Positions 41,644 through 54,040 of a stretch of DNA of 64,000 bases are shown here, one piece after another (position 1 is the first letter of the stretch; every line of letters starts with the position of its first letter). The DNA is from the human T2T-CHM13v2.0 reference genome, Homo sapiens: assembly GCF_009914755.1 (NCBI RefSeq), contig NC_060937.1; one strand, 5' to 3'. The notes beneath the pieces are model-generated. The model had not been told where the DNA came from. It did no database searches and was given only the letters and a program-made list of their open reading frames with translations. A program made the position numbers and the translations under genes.

Positions 41644-42791
41644 AAAATATTTTCTTACGCAGTCTTTCAAATGGACAAAAAAAAAGTCATGGGTATTTAA
41701 TGTAATGGCTACTTCTGTATCCACTTTCCAATTTTTCAAATCTTAACATTTTGTCAAATTTGTTTATTTCTTAAAGTAATACAATATTATACATACAGTC
41801 ATTTTTGGCTAAAAAATTGCAAATGAGGATGAACTAGAAGGCATAAAAAATAACATATTTCCTCCCATTTTGGCTGACATCAGTAATCAATCACAGCATT
41901 CTTTGTTCCTAACCCCTGTCAATTGATTTAAATTCTTAAAAAAAAAAAAAAAAGACAGAAAAGAGATACATTCGCCACCTCTGATGAATACCTAACAGCA
42001 GTAAACAAAGGATTCAACTAAAGTCAGGGGTAAAAATTAAGCATTCCAGGCCAACTAGCTTGATTTTATGAACAAAGAATATTCTAGAATATACTATTAA
42101 CAATTACAGAAGTTTTCCTTTATGAAAAATGAATAACCCCAGGCCACTAATTTTCTTTTTGGAATCAATCACCAATTTAAAGTCTACTTTTCTCTCGATC
42201 AAGAATTAGCCTGAAAAGATACCTGCTATGTATTTTTCTGTAGCTGGTGCTCTACAGTAAGATTACACCTGTTTTTAGGTATCTGCTTTGTGGAGCAAAA
42301 ACAAGTACAGAGCTATCCTTGAGAAATGCTCTTGATAATAATCCTCACATAGGCACCCTCCATTGTAGCTTCCTATCATTCACTCAGGATTTTCCAACAC
42401 CTTCTGAAAGTTATATTTCTTACCCATCCCAGTAAATGCCTCGAAACATTTTCTGACAGGCAGTTCACAAGTATCCATGAGACGACCTATTAACACCTAG
42501 AATTTTCTGGTTCTGAAGTGGGATGGATGGTTAAAATGGGTTTTTAATACTTTATTTGTAATTTAAAGACTTTTGAGGTATAAAGATAATGTCAAGTCTT
42601 AAACATGTGCCTACTGTTTCAACAGCTTCCCAAGCCTTACCTTCTTCTTCCTGCTTAACACTGATTTCCTGTTCTCTCTCATCTCACCGTCATTCTGCAG
42701 CTCTATGTGAAACGTTTTCTTGACTAAAACCCAAGTAATGCCTTTCCTTCCTTATTTTCAAAACAGGTCAAACATACAAGAAATCAGACCA

Positions 42792-43126
<335 letters not shown>

Positions 43127-44069
43127 TTACAGAATGATTAGCCAGTTCTGTTCCCTTCTTAAATTGTTCTGCTGTGTAGTTGTTTTGGAAAATATTCATG
43201 ATGTATTCAGACAATTCTTCAATTCTAAAAGCAGGTAGGACAGCTTGACCAGGCCTGGCATGCTTGGAATCTGGGAGAAGACAAGATAAGTATCTATTAA
43301 GAGAGTCTCTCTCTCTGCCAGTTTTGTGCTAAGGCCCATTCCTGGCCGTTGGAGAGGTGAGATGGCAGGCTTGAAAGACGTGCCCAGGCACGCGCGACAC
43401 TGTCTGCCTTTCATTCCTCTGCTATTGGCCACTGTCATGACTGATGACCACGCTGTCCTGGGTGTTATTAGAGAAGAACATCCTCTCCATTTGCTAGCTG
43501 TGTATCTGTACCTTTTCCCAACTCCCATTTCCTGTCCTTTGGAAGCATCAAATGGGCATTTTCTGAATAATAGCAAATAACCTTAAAATTTTACTAACTG
43601 GAAACAGTTGTTGTGAGAGGTTTTGTCCTAAGTTACATGGGATCATTTTAGAGCAAATCAAATAACTAGTTAGAAGAACTGTTTTAGTTGTTCTTTTAAA
43701 ACAGTTAAAAGAGCTGCTTAACTGAATAAGAAGGGCATGGCCCTTCTTATAAAATTACATGGGATTCTGACCTAAAACAATTATTGTGTTCTAATCATCA
43801 GGATAAAGTTTTCTCAGCCTTCATCTCTTATACTCCCAAGTTTGTATTATCTTCTACATTCAGTCTTACTTTTGGCTTCTTTTCCTATCCTATGCCTTCC
43901 AGTGGCCTTTATTTGAATTTTTTTCCCAAAATATTCTCTGGAAATCTTGAAGGCTAAAACTATACAAAGATAGAAAGTTCAGAAAGTAAAGAAATAAGTC
44001 TACATGTTCTAGAGGGTGCTTACTAATCTAAGCCATGGAGAAATGTCAAAATAAGAAAAGTAAACTGCA

Positions 44070-44270
44070 TTTTATTGAGTACCTACTATATTCCAGTTAC
44101 TATATCAGGAGCTTTTATATGTTACCATAGTTATTCCTCACAATAAGTCTATAAAGTAGGTATTATTTCCTTTTTACAGTTGGGAAGCTACACTTCAGAG
44201 AGGATAAGTTTCATTGTCCAAGGTTATATATCTTTTCAAGATCCAAACACAGGCCTTTATGATCCTACAA
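44070..44270. mobile_element. MIR SINE
   Basis: ttattcctcacaataagtctataaagtaggtattatttcctttttacag...cagagagg. Confidence 0.7.
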
Positions 44271-47200
44271 CATGTATATGACCCTCATTAGTTCACATAA
44301 TGTCTTTCTATTTATTAGTGTGTATAGTGTGATCCCTACCGTACTGGATATTTTATGAGATAAATAATACACACAATTCAGTCCCTTCTAACTCTGAGAA
44401 CCAGTCAAAAAAATTGATGAGCCCATCCTCAGCCCACTCTGCAACTTGACTCTGGAAACCCAACAATTATTCCTAATCCCTGCTCCTGGTCACTGTGCTC
44501 ATCTCAGGGAGAACCTGAGTGATGGAGTCAAAGAAGGTTTTAGCTGAGGATCACGAGACCCATGTTCTGGTTTAGTCCCAGCTACTGATCATTTAAACTG
44601 GCCAAACTAAAGTAACTGGGTTCACTCCCTTCATATGTAAACTAAATAATCAGAAGGGACTAAAGTCTCTTAGAGCTTCAGAATTTTACAATTCCTTCTT
44701 ATTTCCCTGGTTATGAATGAATTAACAAGCAGAGAAGGGCGGGGTCACAAGTGACAAAGCTCTAAGTCCAAGGGTCTCTTCCGAAAGCACACAATGAAAG
44801 CCCCAACCCCTCTCCACATCCAGAGCTCAGCAGTGCAATGACTGGAAGTCTGTTCTCTTGATGATGAGGGATTAGTGTACTCACTGTTTACACCAATAAA
44901 GGAAAAGTGCTCTGGCATCAACACAGGTCCCTAGGCAGTAGGTATTGTACCTGCTCTGAAAAGCAGCTTATCATTCTGATCCAGTCACGAATGAGCACCA
45001 CAATAATCTAGGCAGGAACACCAAGCTACCCATGAACACAAAATTCACTGAAGAAATGTGAGCCCCAAACTCCACCTGGGCAGTGCATTATTACCCAGCC
45101 AAAGTTAACTGAGTGCCAGGGGATGAGAGGCGGGCAAGGTTACATCCCCAACCTGAGCACAGCTCCAAAAACAGGAACAGGGAAAGGGCAGCAAAACACT
45201 GAATTCAACGTGAATGCATTTCTGCACTTACATATAAAAGAAAGAGTTTAATATTCTCAAAGTGGAAGAAGCCAACCAAGGACATGATTGACGTAGAAAC
45301 TTTAATTCCAGCCAGCCAAAACCCAGAAGAAAAATAGCGAAGTGCTAAAGGCAGGGACTCTATCCCCCACGTAATGCCACATATTGGAAAACAAGCTCCA
45401 AGAATGTGTAAGATGAACATGTGAGTTTTCTAGGCATTTGCAGGAATAGATCAATTCAATAAATAACTCCCAAATCAGCCCTACACATTCCTTTGAGGAC
45501 CATCCGAGCCACTGCTATTGAACTGCGTTCATTGGATCCTGATGAGACCCGAATCCCCTTTAAGTGGAGTGGCTGTACCTCTAACAGCTCTGCCCACTTC
45601 ACCTGGCAAAGAACCTGACTCTATTTTACACTTTATGGTATTTCTGACAAGACACTGTCCCTGCCTGTTAGTTCCACTCACAAAGCAATCCAAGCCAGGG
45701 ATGAGCTGCGCTGCCTTCAAGAAGCAATGCGCCTTCAGACCTCTGCAGCTACTTCAGGTTTGCCACTTTCCCATCAAGGGTTGAGGATTTTTTCATGAAA
45801 GAAAATAAAGCTTGAAGCACATCAAGCTATAAATCAGCATCAGGAAACAAGGTCATGCATTTTACAACATATGATCCAAACACGCTGCACCAAATTGGCC
45901 TTTAGTCACTTGAATTGACATAAAGTGTGCCTGGGCTGACACTTTATTCTTACCATTTGCCCTTATTGCTAGATAAAGGCTGTCGCCTTTCTCCTTCCTG
46001 GGGATTTCTCTTCGGCTTAACAGCTTGCTAAATGCTTGCCTTTGTTTGATAATCATTCTAAGGCATTGGTTTAAATCATCATTCTCCCTTTCTAATTTAT
46101 CTCTGCCCGACAGCAAAGCAGCTCCCAGCTATCTGTGCTGGGGTAGGTGATTAACTGGCTCGCTGATTGCCCTTATATTAACATTAACATTGTCTTCCCT
46201 GCCATACAGATGTGTGCGTGATGATGAGAGACAGAAGAAAAGAGACACAAATTACAGGAATTGCTTAAAATAAAAAGCATTATTAACTAAGAGAGGAGGC
46301 CAATAATAAAAACTATTTGTTTTCATTAAAAAAGAAAATTACTATGGAAATACAGTTTCACCAGGGAGAAAAAAACATAGCTTGAATGTAGTTTTAGATG
46401 AATTCATACCTCAAGAGTTATACATAATTACAGTATACCCTTCTCTTTATTCATGGTACTCAACTTGATATATTTAAATTAAATTTCAACCCAGGAATTT
46501 TTCAAAGTATTTTGCATTCTAGCATATCCTATAAGACTCAGGACTGTGGAGGCTAATTACGAGTTCCTATTGTCTGATCCTTCTGGAATAGTCTCCTAGC
46601 TGGATTTCTGTACGCTTCACATTCTGTATCTGGGCAGACAAAGCCCTCAAGCAACAAAAATCTAACAGCTATGCCACACTTCCAGTAGCCTCTAGGAAAT
46701 GAATGCCAAACATTTCTATCCTGGCAAAGGCTTCATGCCCCTAAAATGAAGTAATTTATTTGCAGGCCATCCTGCCTTCTACCATGCCAGCTTCAAATAC
46801 CAGTCTATGACTTATCATTCCACTCCGCTCAAGCGTCCAAGTGGTGAGCCGAGCAGCCCCTGGCTTGATTTTGCTGTCATGGGGTAACAAATCCCTCGAG
46901 AGCTGCATCTGCCATGCAGGAGATTATCATAATTGATCTCTATATGTTTCTCGTTTTCAGATAAAAGATAATGCCTGGACATGCAGACTTCCCATAAATC
47001 CCACTGGTGTGGAGAACCCTTAAACACAGCCAGTTCATAAGGAGAGCAACAAGGATGACTGGATGTTAATTACCAGACTGATGAATATATAATGCAGGAA
47101 TCAACAGGGACTGAAAGAAAACTCGTCTGAGCTAAGATATTAACATGCTCGATAACCTTGGCCAAGGCACTTGGCCTCTGTACGCCTCAATTAGCCAAAC

Positions 47201-47899
47201 AGTAAAGCTGAATAAAATAAAAATCTTGATGAAAATTAGATGTGGATTTACTCTGATGAGCTTTCCTGAGTAATTTACAGTCCCAAAGACAACAGTCAAA
47301 ACACAAAGCAAACATCCAAAGTGCCAACAGAGGAGGGAGTCGTACCAATGCAGCTGATCAACTTATTATACAAAGCCTCTTAAATCAGCTCATGTAGCAT
47401 TCTATTAATTTAATGCACGCCACATGATGGTGATTAAATCTTCCACGTTGGAAGCAGAATGTGCTATATAGTTTCAGAAGAAGAGGTTAAACAAAAATTC
47501 TGATCTCCCCACATGACCCAAAAATAATACCTTTTCTAGAAGTTGCTTTAAAGAAACCCACCATGGTACTAAAGGGAAAGGGTTGCCAAATCTCTAAAGG
47601 TTTGAAAGAAAAATACTGTGGACCGTAGGGGGGTAATGAGAACTTCTGAATTATATAATTAGTTCCTGAGTACCCAAGACTATTTAAAATGCAATTTGCT
47701 GATTGGAAAGAAAAGAAATAATGAAGTACAAAGAGGATAAATGAAGACACCACACGTTAAGCCAGTGAACTTTCATAGTATGGGAGAAAAGAAAGAAGGA
47801 CAAACCCTGTCTGTTCACGTTCTAAGCATTCATGATTTTCAAGAGGATCAGATGAACAATACTTTTTTGCTCTGGTTTTACAAATAGGTACAGGATCCT

Positions 47900-48680
47900 T
47901 GGCTCTCTCCTTCTTATCCCAATTCTTAAATGAATGTAATTAATCCAGACATCATCCTTTATCACTATTGTCTATACTGAAGATCCCAAATACATGTCTT
48001 CAGCCCATTTTTCCTGAGCTCCAGATACAAATTTCTGTCCAGCTTTCCTCAACTCCTTGAAAAATCCCTAGAAGTTGTCCTTGTTCTCTCCACATTTAGC
48101 ACCATTATATGTCCCTGTTTGTCTGAGACAGTTTCCATGTACACCTTTTGTCCTGGGGTTATTATTATAATTTTTTAAAAATTGAGATAGGGTCTCTCTA
48201 TGTTGCCAAGGCTGGTCTTGAACTCCTGGGCTCAAGGATCCTTTTGCCTCAGCCTCCCATGGCACTGGGATTATAGGCATGAGCCACCATGTCCAGCCTG
48301 CTGTTACTATTAATTGTACTTCCCTTTACTCTCACAGTAGTCCAGATTTAGAAGATAAATTATGTGGAGATCATTTCCACAACTCCCACCTTCTCTGTTC
48401 CACCCACCCCCAGCCATGGGTGGGCCTGTGCCATCTTCTCTAGCTCAGACTGCTGAAATAAGCTACTGGCTGGGATTCCAATCTCCACACTGCCCTTCCC
48501 TTCCTCTAATTCATCCATTCCCGCTAGGTGATCTTTCTCAGGTGAAAATCTCATCAGGTCACCCCCTGCTTCGATGGCTTCCCCTGCTTTCAGAATAAAG
48601 TTTAAACACTTTCGAATAGCGACGCTCAAAGACCTCAGAGACCTCCATAATTTCACTTCATCCAATAAATCTCCCATTAG
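47900..48680. mobile_element. L2 fragment containing a FLAM (about 48170-48298, minus)
   Basis: tatactgaagatcccaaatacatgtcttcagccc...tcctgagctccaga; FLAM gttgccaaggctggtcttgaactcctgggctcaag. Confidence 0.7.
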
Positions 48681-49149
48681 ATGTTTGTCTAACTCAACTG
48701 TACTGGTACCTCCCTATTAATAATAATAATGCAAACTTAAAGTTAGTTTTCCCAGATCCCAAAATATTAAAGTACCAACACTTTAGGTCTCAAACAACTT
48801 CTTTTCTGGGAAAATATAAGAGGTCTGAGACATCCTGGCTACTTTCCCCAGTTAGATGTGTTTCAAAAAACTGTATGTCAATCTTGTATTTTTTAACACC
48901 TTATATTTTTTAATCAACTTATATGTAGAATGTGCTAGAGACTCTATTTGAAATAGCCCAGTAGAAAATCCTTCTTACTGGTAAATAATTCTACTATAAT
49001 GTATATTTTTTCTTTGTTAACTTCATATGTTTGTAAGTTTCTAAATCTTTCCAAAACTTTTTGACACTTCACACTGAATCAACCTATAAGGAAACTCAGG
49101 GTTGGAAGCATCTCTAAAGGCCACACCTGTGTATTTGTATCCTTCTACA

Positions 49150-49320
49150 ATAGTATTTCTCAGCTTTTGCATCTACTAGAACCACCTGGAAAGCTTCTGA
49201 AAAATGCAGACACTCAGGCCCCTACTCCCATCCCCCGCCATCCCCCTGCCATGATTTAATCAATCAAAAACTTCAGAGATGAGGCCCAAACACGTGTCTA
49301 CTGATGTTCCCTGAAGTTGG
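49150..49320. mobile_element. MER5-like MITE
   Basis: tagtatttctcagcttttgc...agaaccacctggaaagctt...aaatgcagacactcaggcccc. Confidence 0.65.
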
Positions 49321-49425
49321 ACAATTAATGGGTAGCATCCAGTCCACGATGGAACACGTCAAAGTGAGAATGAGTTAATAAGCCAGATATTAAGCAAAGT
49401 AGCTGCTTCAAAACTCAGAGCCCAG

Positions 49426-49784
<359 letters not shown>

Positions 49785-51249
49785 TTACAGTAGAAATTCT
49801 ATAGTAAATCCACCTATTTGACTTAAATTTGACTTTTGAACATAATTTTTCAAGGCAGCTCATAGGGACATCTTCCTCAAATAATGCTGATGCTGACCAG
49901 GTCAGCATTAATGTCCCAGATCACTGAGTGTTAAAAACGTTACACGCATTAGTTTGTCTCCCTCTTCATCTCTCCCTCAGTCTGCAATTTATTTCAGATC
50001 AATTAGACCAGGGAAATGATCTAATTTCCTGGTTTTAACAACAAACAAAATCTTCAATTATTGAACACTAATAGATTTTTTTCTTTTTCTTTTAAGACAG
50101 CTAAAATTGTGAAGCTAAATATGACACACAAGAAATATGTAATCCAGGCCGAGAATAAAAGTTACAATCTATTCTTTCTCTCTGACCTTTAGGTAAGCCC
50201 CATGCTTTCTCCTTCCATATCAATAAAAGAGTGGGCACCTGCAAATCCTAATTCCCAGACTTCTAGAAGACAAATGAGGTAATAGATGAAACACTCTGGG
50301 TATTACTAACCAAGGGGGGAAAAAAATAATGAGGTTAAATCTACCCAAAGCAAATCTTTAACATTCAAGCCACTGTTTGCAGACATATAGTCCCCTGGTT
50401 CACACACTAACCACCGGAGCCACCAGATGTAGGGATTCATAGGATTGGTCCACACAAGAAAGGCTTCCTAGACGTGTACATTAGTGATGTCAGTAGGAAG
50501 TGGGATGTTTCAGGATCCTCAGAAGGTTCTGATCCACCCTCCATCTGGGAGCCCAGTGCCCAGCAGCCTGGTCTTCAGAATCGGTTCATCTGAATCAACA
50601 CCTTTTGTCATGTAAAAGGCTGTGTAAGATTTGGTGACCTACAGTTAGGGCAGATGTAGACATGAAGGGCCTGTATCAAGAACCACACCCAGCCTCTACA
50701 CTGGAACAAACACTGGGAAAAACAGAACGGGACCCAGCCAGAAACGCAGCAGGTCAAGTCAACCAGCACAAAGCTACCCTGAGAATGTGGCCCTCGGTGA
50801 TTGCTCTGACCAGCCCTCCTATCAGGGACACCCAACCCAAACAACCCAAACAAGAGTGTGTCCTAGGAGGAGGAATACTGAAAGCAGGCATTCAGGAAGA
50901 GTGCTGTATGGAACTTTCAGTTAGCACAGGACATTCTAGTAGCAATTCATCAAGCAAGGCTTCAATCCCCATATGTAAAAAATAAAAAAGAGTCCAAGTC
51001 TTCCAGACTGTGACGAACTGGGCAAATTAACAAGTTGTGGAATTGGCCACAGGAAAAGAAAGCAGGACTCCTGTTATCAGAACTGTGGTCAAAGGTGGGA
51101 TTTGAGTCTTTGACGCTGGTAGAGAAATGAGCTATCAAATAGTGGAGCCATGTCACGGCCAGACAACAACAGCGATGGCATCGCTGAGCTGAAGAGCATT
51201 CACCTCAATCTCCTGAAATCTCTCCTGCCTGAGGTACAAGCAGTCTCTA

Positions 51250-51400
51250 GAGCAGAGACTTTCAACCCTGACTGCACATTAGAATCACTGATGCCTGGAT
51301 CCCCTCCCCATTTAATTAGATCAGAATCTCTGGGTGTGGGTCTGGACGTTGGTATTTTTCCAGTGCCCAAGGTGATTTCATTGTGCAACCAAGGTTGAGA
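51250..51400. mobile_element. MER5A-like MITE
   Basis: ctgactgcacattagaatcact...tcagaatctctgggtgtggg...ccaaggtgatt...ccaaggttgagaa. Confidence 0.75.
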
Positions 51401-52247
51401 ATGACTACAGGACTGGGAAGGGACTACTGATGGGTCATGGACAGCCTCAGTTCTGGGAAGAAGGCAACTGGAAATGCTGGCACCAGGCATGATCTGAAAA
51501 CACAGGTCCATGTCAAATTCTACATAATTCTAAAATTATGACTACTTGGACAACAATTATTCTCCTTTCTTTTAACATAGGTCCTACCTTCATAGGTCTG
51601 AGGTAGCATAAGGTACCTGCAGCCTTTAAGACAGATCATTCCGACAAATCAGAAATGGAGATAAAGGCCATTCCTCACAGCTTCAATCAGTACTTCTTCC
51701 AAGTTTGAAGTAGACTACCTATTTTTAAACTACCTCGCTATCCAGGGTTGCATGTTACAATACCTATGTGATCTTTCATCTTGAATTGAATCTTAGCAAG
51801 CAGAACTTCACAGTGTCCTGAAATAGCCATTATTATATATAACCAAGTTCTACTGTTAACCTATCATTTGCTGTATGTGCATTACATGTACATTTCATGT
51901 GCTGAAAGGGAGATTAGTGGTTTAAGATTAGAATTAGATTTCCTCTAACATATTTGGAGAACTTCTGGCTTGATTATCAGGTTTATATTGATTGGTCAGT
52001 AGCAGCTAAAAATTTTTATATAGCAATAGGGCTGCTGATAAGATATCCAACGGGTTGGGTTTGTTGTTGTTGTTGTCATTGTGTGTATGTGTGTGTGTGT
52101 TTATTAACCACACCTACAGAGAAAGCAATGAATTGTATGCTTTCCTCAGATTACAGAAGTAAAATGTAGTCACGATAAAGAGTCATTATCTATCCAAATT
52201 TTCAACAACATGTCTTACCATGCCTATTGCACAGCATCTGAAAGATC

Positions 52248-52316
52248 CTTGCTTTGCAGATTACTTTTTGGCTTGCTTTGCAGATTATTATTGGCTTGCT
52301 CTGCAGATTACTTTTT
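52248..52316. repeat. 23-24-bp x3 tandem repeat
   Basis: cttgct(t/c)tgcagatta core three times. Confidence 0.92.
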
Positions 52317-52619
52317 TCAAAAGGCAGAAGGGAGCAAAAAGAGAGCTTGTGACCAGCCAAAAAGGAAAACCAATTAGTGACGTGAAAGTTAATGGAATCC
52401 CGAATGAAAGTGGCCCTGTCACTATTCTCTTTTACATCCTGCCCATTCCATTGGCTTCCCGATTGCTTTCACTACAACCCTTGCCTCACCCCAAACCCCT
52501 AGTACACACACAGCCTCTTACTAATCCACTATGTGCACTACCCCTGCCATGACTGCTTTGATTTCCAACTTTTGTCACATCACTTTCCTCTCCCAAAGAC
52601 AAAAATCTATCTTCTCCTT

Positions 52620-52860
52620 AACAAGCACTTAGCACTTACCATATGCCAGGCACTGTGCAAGTGCTTAACAAATATTAATCCAGTAAACCCTCACAAAAAT
52701 CTTAAGAGGCAGTTGATATTTTAACTTCATTTTGCAGACAGATAAGCTGAGGCACAGGTTTTAGTAAATTACCTAAGGTACCTAAGATTACACAGCTAGT
52801 AAGTGGCACAGCAGGATTTAAACTCGCGTAGTCTGGCTCCAGAGTCCATGCTCCTAACCA
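52620..52860. mobile_element. MIR SINE (well preserved)
   Basis: gcacttaccatatgccaggcactgtgc...cattttgcagacagataagctgaggcacag...acacagctagtaagtggcacagcaggatttaaac. Confidence 0.88.
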
Positions 52861-53760
52861 GTACACTGTTGTTAGCATGGCCAAGTCCAAGTTTTAAACC
52901 CAAACTCTCCAATATTATTGTGTACTGCACTCTCCAAAGCATCCATGCTGTGGTGATAGCCAATAACTTACTGTTCCACACACACAGCCTGCACCAGTCC
53001 CGCTCCACGCACTCAGCTGACAATCTCATGGCCTGCACAGCCTTCCACATCCCTTTTAAGGTTCAGCTTGCACACTGCCATTAAGATACAGACTTCCTAT
53101 TTCCCCAAACAAGATCTATTTCTTCCCAGTTCAAATTTCTCTTGGTCTGTATATATTGGAGAGAAAATTCATCATGGTTTATACATAATGATCTGTATAT
53201 TTGTTTGTTCCCTCCTCCCAGACAGGCAACCACAAGAAGAAACCACACCAAAAAAAGTGTTTTGTTCTTCTTGTCATCTGCACAGGATCTAATATAGTGT
53301 CTCGCTCTTGATTTCAGTTGCATTAAATTCGTATGGACAGTGTAGAAATATGAGCAGAATGAGCACATGATTAGATGGATTCATAGCTGGTAAATCAACC
53401 TTAAAGAATGGGTTGAAACTAACATGGTTGGAATACCATATGAGTAGGTATCTGAAATCAGCAATATTCAAATGTAAGATGAGGGAAATACTACTCAAAA
53501 GTCTTTGTAGGAAAAAAAGAACCATTTGCCTCAACTCTCCCTAATTGTATGACCTTAGACAATTTACATAACCACTTTGGGCCTTTATTTCATCCTTTAT
53601 ATAATATTATGCTTTACGACTGATACATGTAATGTGCCGGTTTATGCAGAAAGCATGTGGTCTCTGTTAACTCTTATTATTATCCCTATTATGGAGGGTT
53701 AGATTTCTGAAAACTCAGTAAACACCGACAATGTGACACAACTACTAAAAAGTTAGTGCA

Positions 53761-54040
53761 GGCCAGGCGCGGTGGCTCACGCCTGTAATCCCAGCACTTT
53801 GGGAGGCCGAGGCGGGCGGATCACGAGGTCAGGAGATGGAGACCATCCTGGCTAACACGGTGAAACCCCGTCTCTACTAAAAATACAAAAAATTAACCGG
53901 GCGAGGTGGCGGGCGCCTGTAGTCCCAGCTACTCGGGAGGCTGAGGCAGGAGAATGGCGTGAACCCGTGGGGCGGAGCCTGCAGTGAGCCGAGATCACAG
54001 CGAGACTCCGTCTCAAAAGGAAAAAAAAAAAAAAAAAAAA
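53761..54040 (+). mobile_element. AluY (Ye-like) with ~25-nt internal deletion
   Basis: gggcgaggtggcgggcgcc and ggggcggagcctgcag; gagatc|acagcgagactcc lacks the gcgccactgcactccagcctgggcg segment. Confidence 0.9.

Noticed and set aside
44858-44921. C/D snoRNA-like segment (atgatga ... ctgg, ttgatg/catcaa)
   Set aside because: No intact CTGA D box and the stem overlaps box C
45729-45760. PLQLLQ peptide resembling MAP2K5
   Set aside because: Only 6 residues; flanks do not match and no other kinase exons found
51599-51606. let-7-like tgaggtag
   Set aside because: Match ends after 8 nt; no precursor
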